64,000 bases of DNA, taken from NCBI GenBank assembly GCA_965198065.1, contig CBDAON010000004.1:288001-352000 (forward strand). Reading direction: 5' to 3'. The notes beneath the pieces are model-generated. The model ran no database searches. It saw only the letters and a list, made by a program, of their open reading frames with translations, and was not told where the DNA came from. Each line of letters begins with the position of its first letter. Positions within the stretch are counted from its first letter, which is position 1. Positions 62,468-64,000 of this stretch are shown one piece after another. Source of the stretch: Longimicrobiales bacterium (GTDB taxonomy: Bacteria; Gemmatimonadota; Gemmatimonadetes; Longimicrobiales; Gaopeijiaceae). A program made the position numbers and the translations under genes.

Positions 62468-64000
62468 ATGGCCCTTGGGGCGGCGCGCGGGCGGATCCTA
62501 CTCCTCCTACTAGGGGTGGCGCTCGCCGCGCCTCTCCTCTCGTTGGTAATCGCGGAGGCCAGGGTCGGGCGCACGCTCGAGCGCCGGTTCTACGACAGCT
62601 GGTTCAGCTTCCGCGGACCCCTTCCGCGCCCCACGGACGTCGTTCTGGTTCCGATCGACGTCGAGTCCGAGCAGTCGCTCGGCCGCTATCCCTGGACCCG
62701 GGACTGGCACGCGAAGCTCGTGGAGAACCTGGCCCGAGCCGGCGCCAGCGTGGTCGCGTTCGACGCGACGTTCGCGGACGCGTTTCCAGCCCAGGATTCG
62801 ATTCTCCGGAGAGTGATCGACGAGACCGGAGTCACGGTTCTGGGCGCGAAGTCGAACGTGATCTTCACGCGGAACGCGCAGGGTGTGAGCCTGGAGGAGC
62901 CCGCCGGGGATCTCAGGGGCGCCCCGATCGGGATCGTGGACATCAGCCCCGACGCCACCGACGACATCATCCGGGAGTATCCGATCGTCCACGAGTACCC
63001 GCAGGGGCGGGTCCCGCAGCTGGGCGTGAAGGCGGCCCTCCTCCACCTGGGGCTCCCGGACCAGGCGCTCCAGACTACGCCCACGGGGTGGCGGATCGGT
63101 GAGCGCGAGATCCCGCGCGGCCCAGGCGGGGGGATGCTCGTGAACTTCCTGGGGACGGCGGGCTCGGTCTCTTCCTACTCGTACGCGTACGTCGTGGACG
63201 ACGCATACACCGACATCGGGGACTGGGACCTCGACACGTACGAGGATTTCCTGGCGGACAGCACGTTCCAGGACAAGGTCGTCCTCATCGGCTCGACGAT
63301 CCCGGAGGACCAGGACCTCCACGCGACTCCGTTCCGTGAGATCGCCGGGAGCCCGGGCGCAGTTCGCACTGCAGGAGTGGATATCCACGCGCACGCGGTC
63401 GCCACGATCCTCTCGGGCGCCCACCTCCGCCAGGTCTCCCGGCCGATCCAGTATGCCTGGACCCTCCTCCTCGCGCTCTTCGTCACCTCGCTCGCCCCGA
63501 AGGCCCGGGCCCTGTTGGGGGGCGGGCGTGGCCCTCATGATCGGCGGTGCCGCTCTCTATGCCGCCTGGTATCTCTTCGCCCGGGAGGGCCTCTGGCTCT
63601 GGAGCGTCGCACCGCTACTCTCCGTGGGGTTCTCGTACGCGGGGTCGAACGTGGCCCTCTATATGGCCGAGGAACAGGAGAAGGCGCGGATCCGAGGGAT
63701 GTTCCAACAGTACGTGGCTTCGTCGGTAGTGGACGAGCTGATCGAAAAGCCCGAGCTCCTGAGCCTCGGAGGAGAGGAGCGGGTCCTCACCGTTCTCTTC
63801 AGCGACGTGGCGGGCTTCTCGACGATCTCGGAGGGGCTAACGCCGAAGGCCCTCGTCGAGCTCCTGAACGAATATCTGACGGCCATGACGGAGATCATCC
63901 TCGAAGAGGGCGGGATCATCGACAAGTACCAGGGGGACGCGATCATGGCCGAGTTCGGCGCGCCCGTCCCGCTCAAGGATCATCCCGTGCGGGCGTGTCG
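62468..64000 (+). CDS. CHASE2-domain class III adenylate cyclase (runs off window; frameshift at G run ~63520). Absent from the ORF track
   Basis: IDVESEQSLGRYPWTR, VVAFD, KVVLIG, DLHATP, GVDIHA (CHASE2); TM helices; TVLFSDVAGFS, IDKYQGDAIMAEFGAP (cyclase, Lys suggests ATP). Confidence 0.9.
   Translation, partial: MALGAARGRILLLLLGVALAAPLLSLVIAEARVGRTLERRFYDSWFSFRGPLPRPTDVVLVPIDVESEQSLGRYPWTRDWHAKLVENLARAGASVVAFDATFADAFPAQDSILRRVIDETGVTVLGAKSNVIFTRNAQGVSLEEPAGDLRGAPIGIVDISPDATDDIIREYPIVHEYPQGRVPQLGVKAALLHLGLPDQALQTTPTGWRIGEREIPRGPGGGMLVNFLGTAGSVSSYSYAYVVDDAYTDIGDWDLDTYEDFLADSTFQDKVVLIGSTIPEDQDLHATPFREIAGSPGAVRTAGVDIHAHAVATILSGAHLRQVSRPIQYAWTLLLALFVTSLAPKARALLGGGRGPHDRRCRSLCRLVSLRPGGPLALERRTATLRGVLVRGVERGPLYGRGTGEGADPRDVPTVRGFVGSGRADRKARAPEPRRRGAGPHRSLQRRGGLLDDLGGANAEGPRRAPERISDGHDGDHPRRGRDHRQVPGGRDHGRVRRARPAQGSSRAGVS

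Overview
High-GC bacterial chromosomal segment. Gene content and order suggest Gemmatimonadota (inference only). It mixes housekeeping blocks (thiC; groES-groEL with a perfect CIRCE; secD-secF-tatD-mutL-miaA-bshA-nadC-birA-coaX; asd-proC, murB, purT; ndh; amtB-glnK-glnA-GSIII) with poorly characterised accessory modules. About ten genes carry single-base frameshifts or microhomology collapses, so many apparent pseudogenes are probably sequencing or assembly errors. No CRISPR array, rRNA, prophage or intact mobile element was found. There is one tRNA-Asn with a tyrosine-recombinase remnant beside it. The best candidate for an undescribed system is a pair of exported proteins that each join a heme-c CxxCH domain to a PHM/dopamine-beta-monooxygenase-like copper domain (all six predicted Cu ligands present). 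They flank an uncharacterised exported partner gene, with a divergent lipoprotein cytochrome c. Other leads: a strongly structured RNA leader before glnA, next to a non-uridylylatable P-II and a GSIII lacking its ammonium-site Asp; a stand-alone PilB/GspE ATPase fused to a receiver domain and coupled to a diguanylate cyclase; a three-gene cassette containing two apparently dead enzymes; and a candidate LexA-type direct-repeat operator before dnaE2. All family assignments come from motif recognition by eye, not from database searches.
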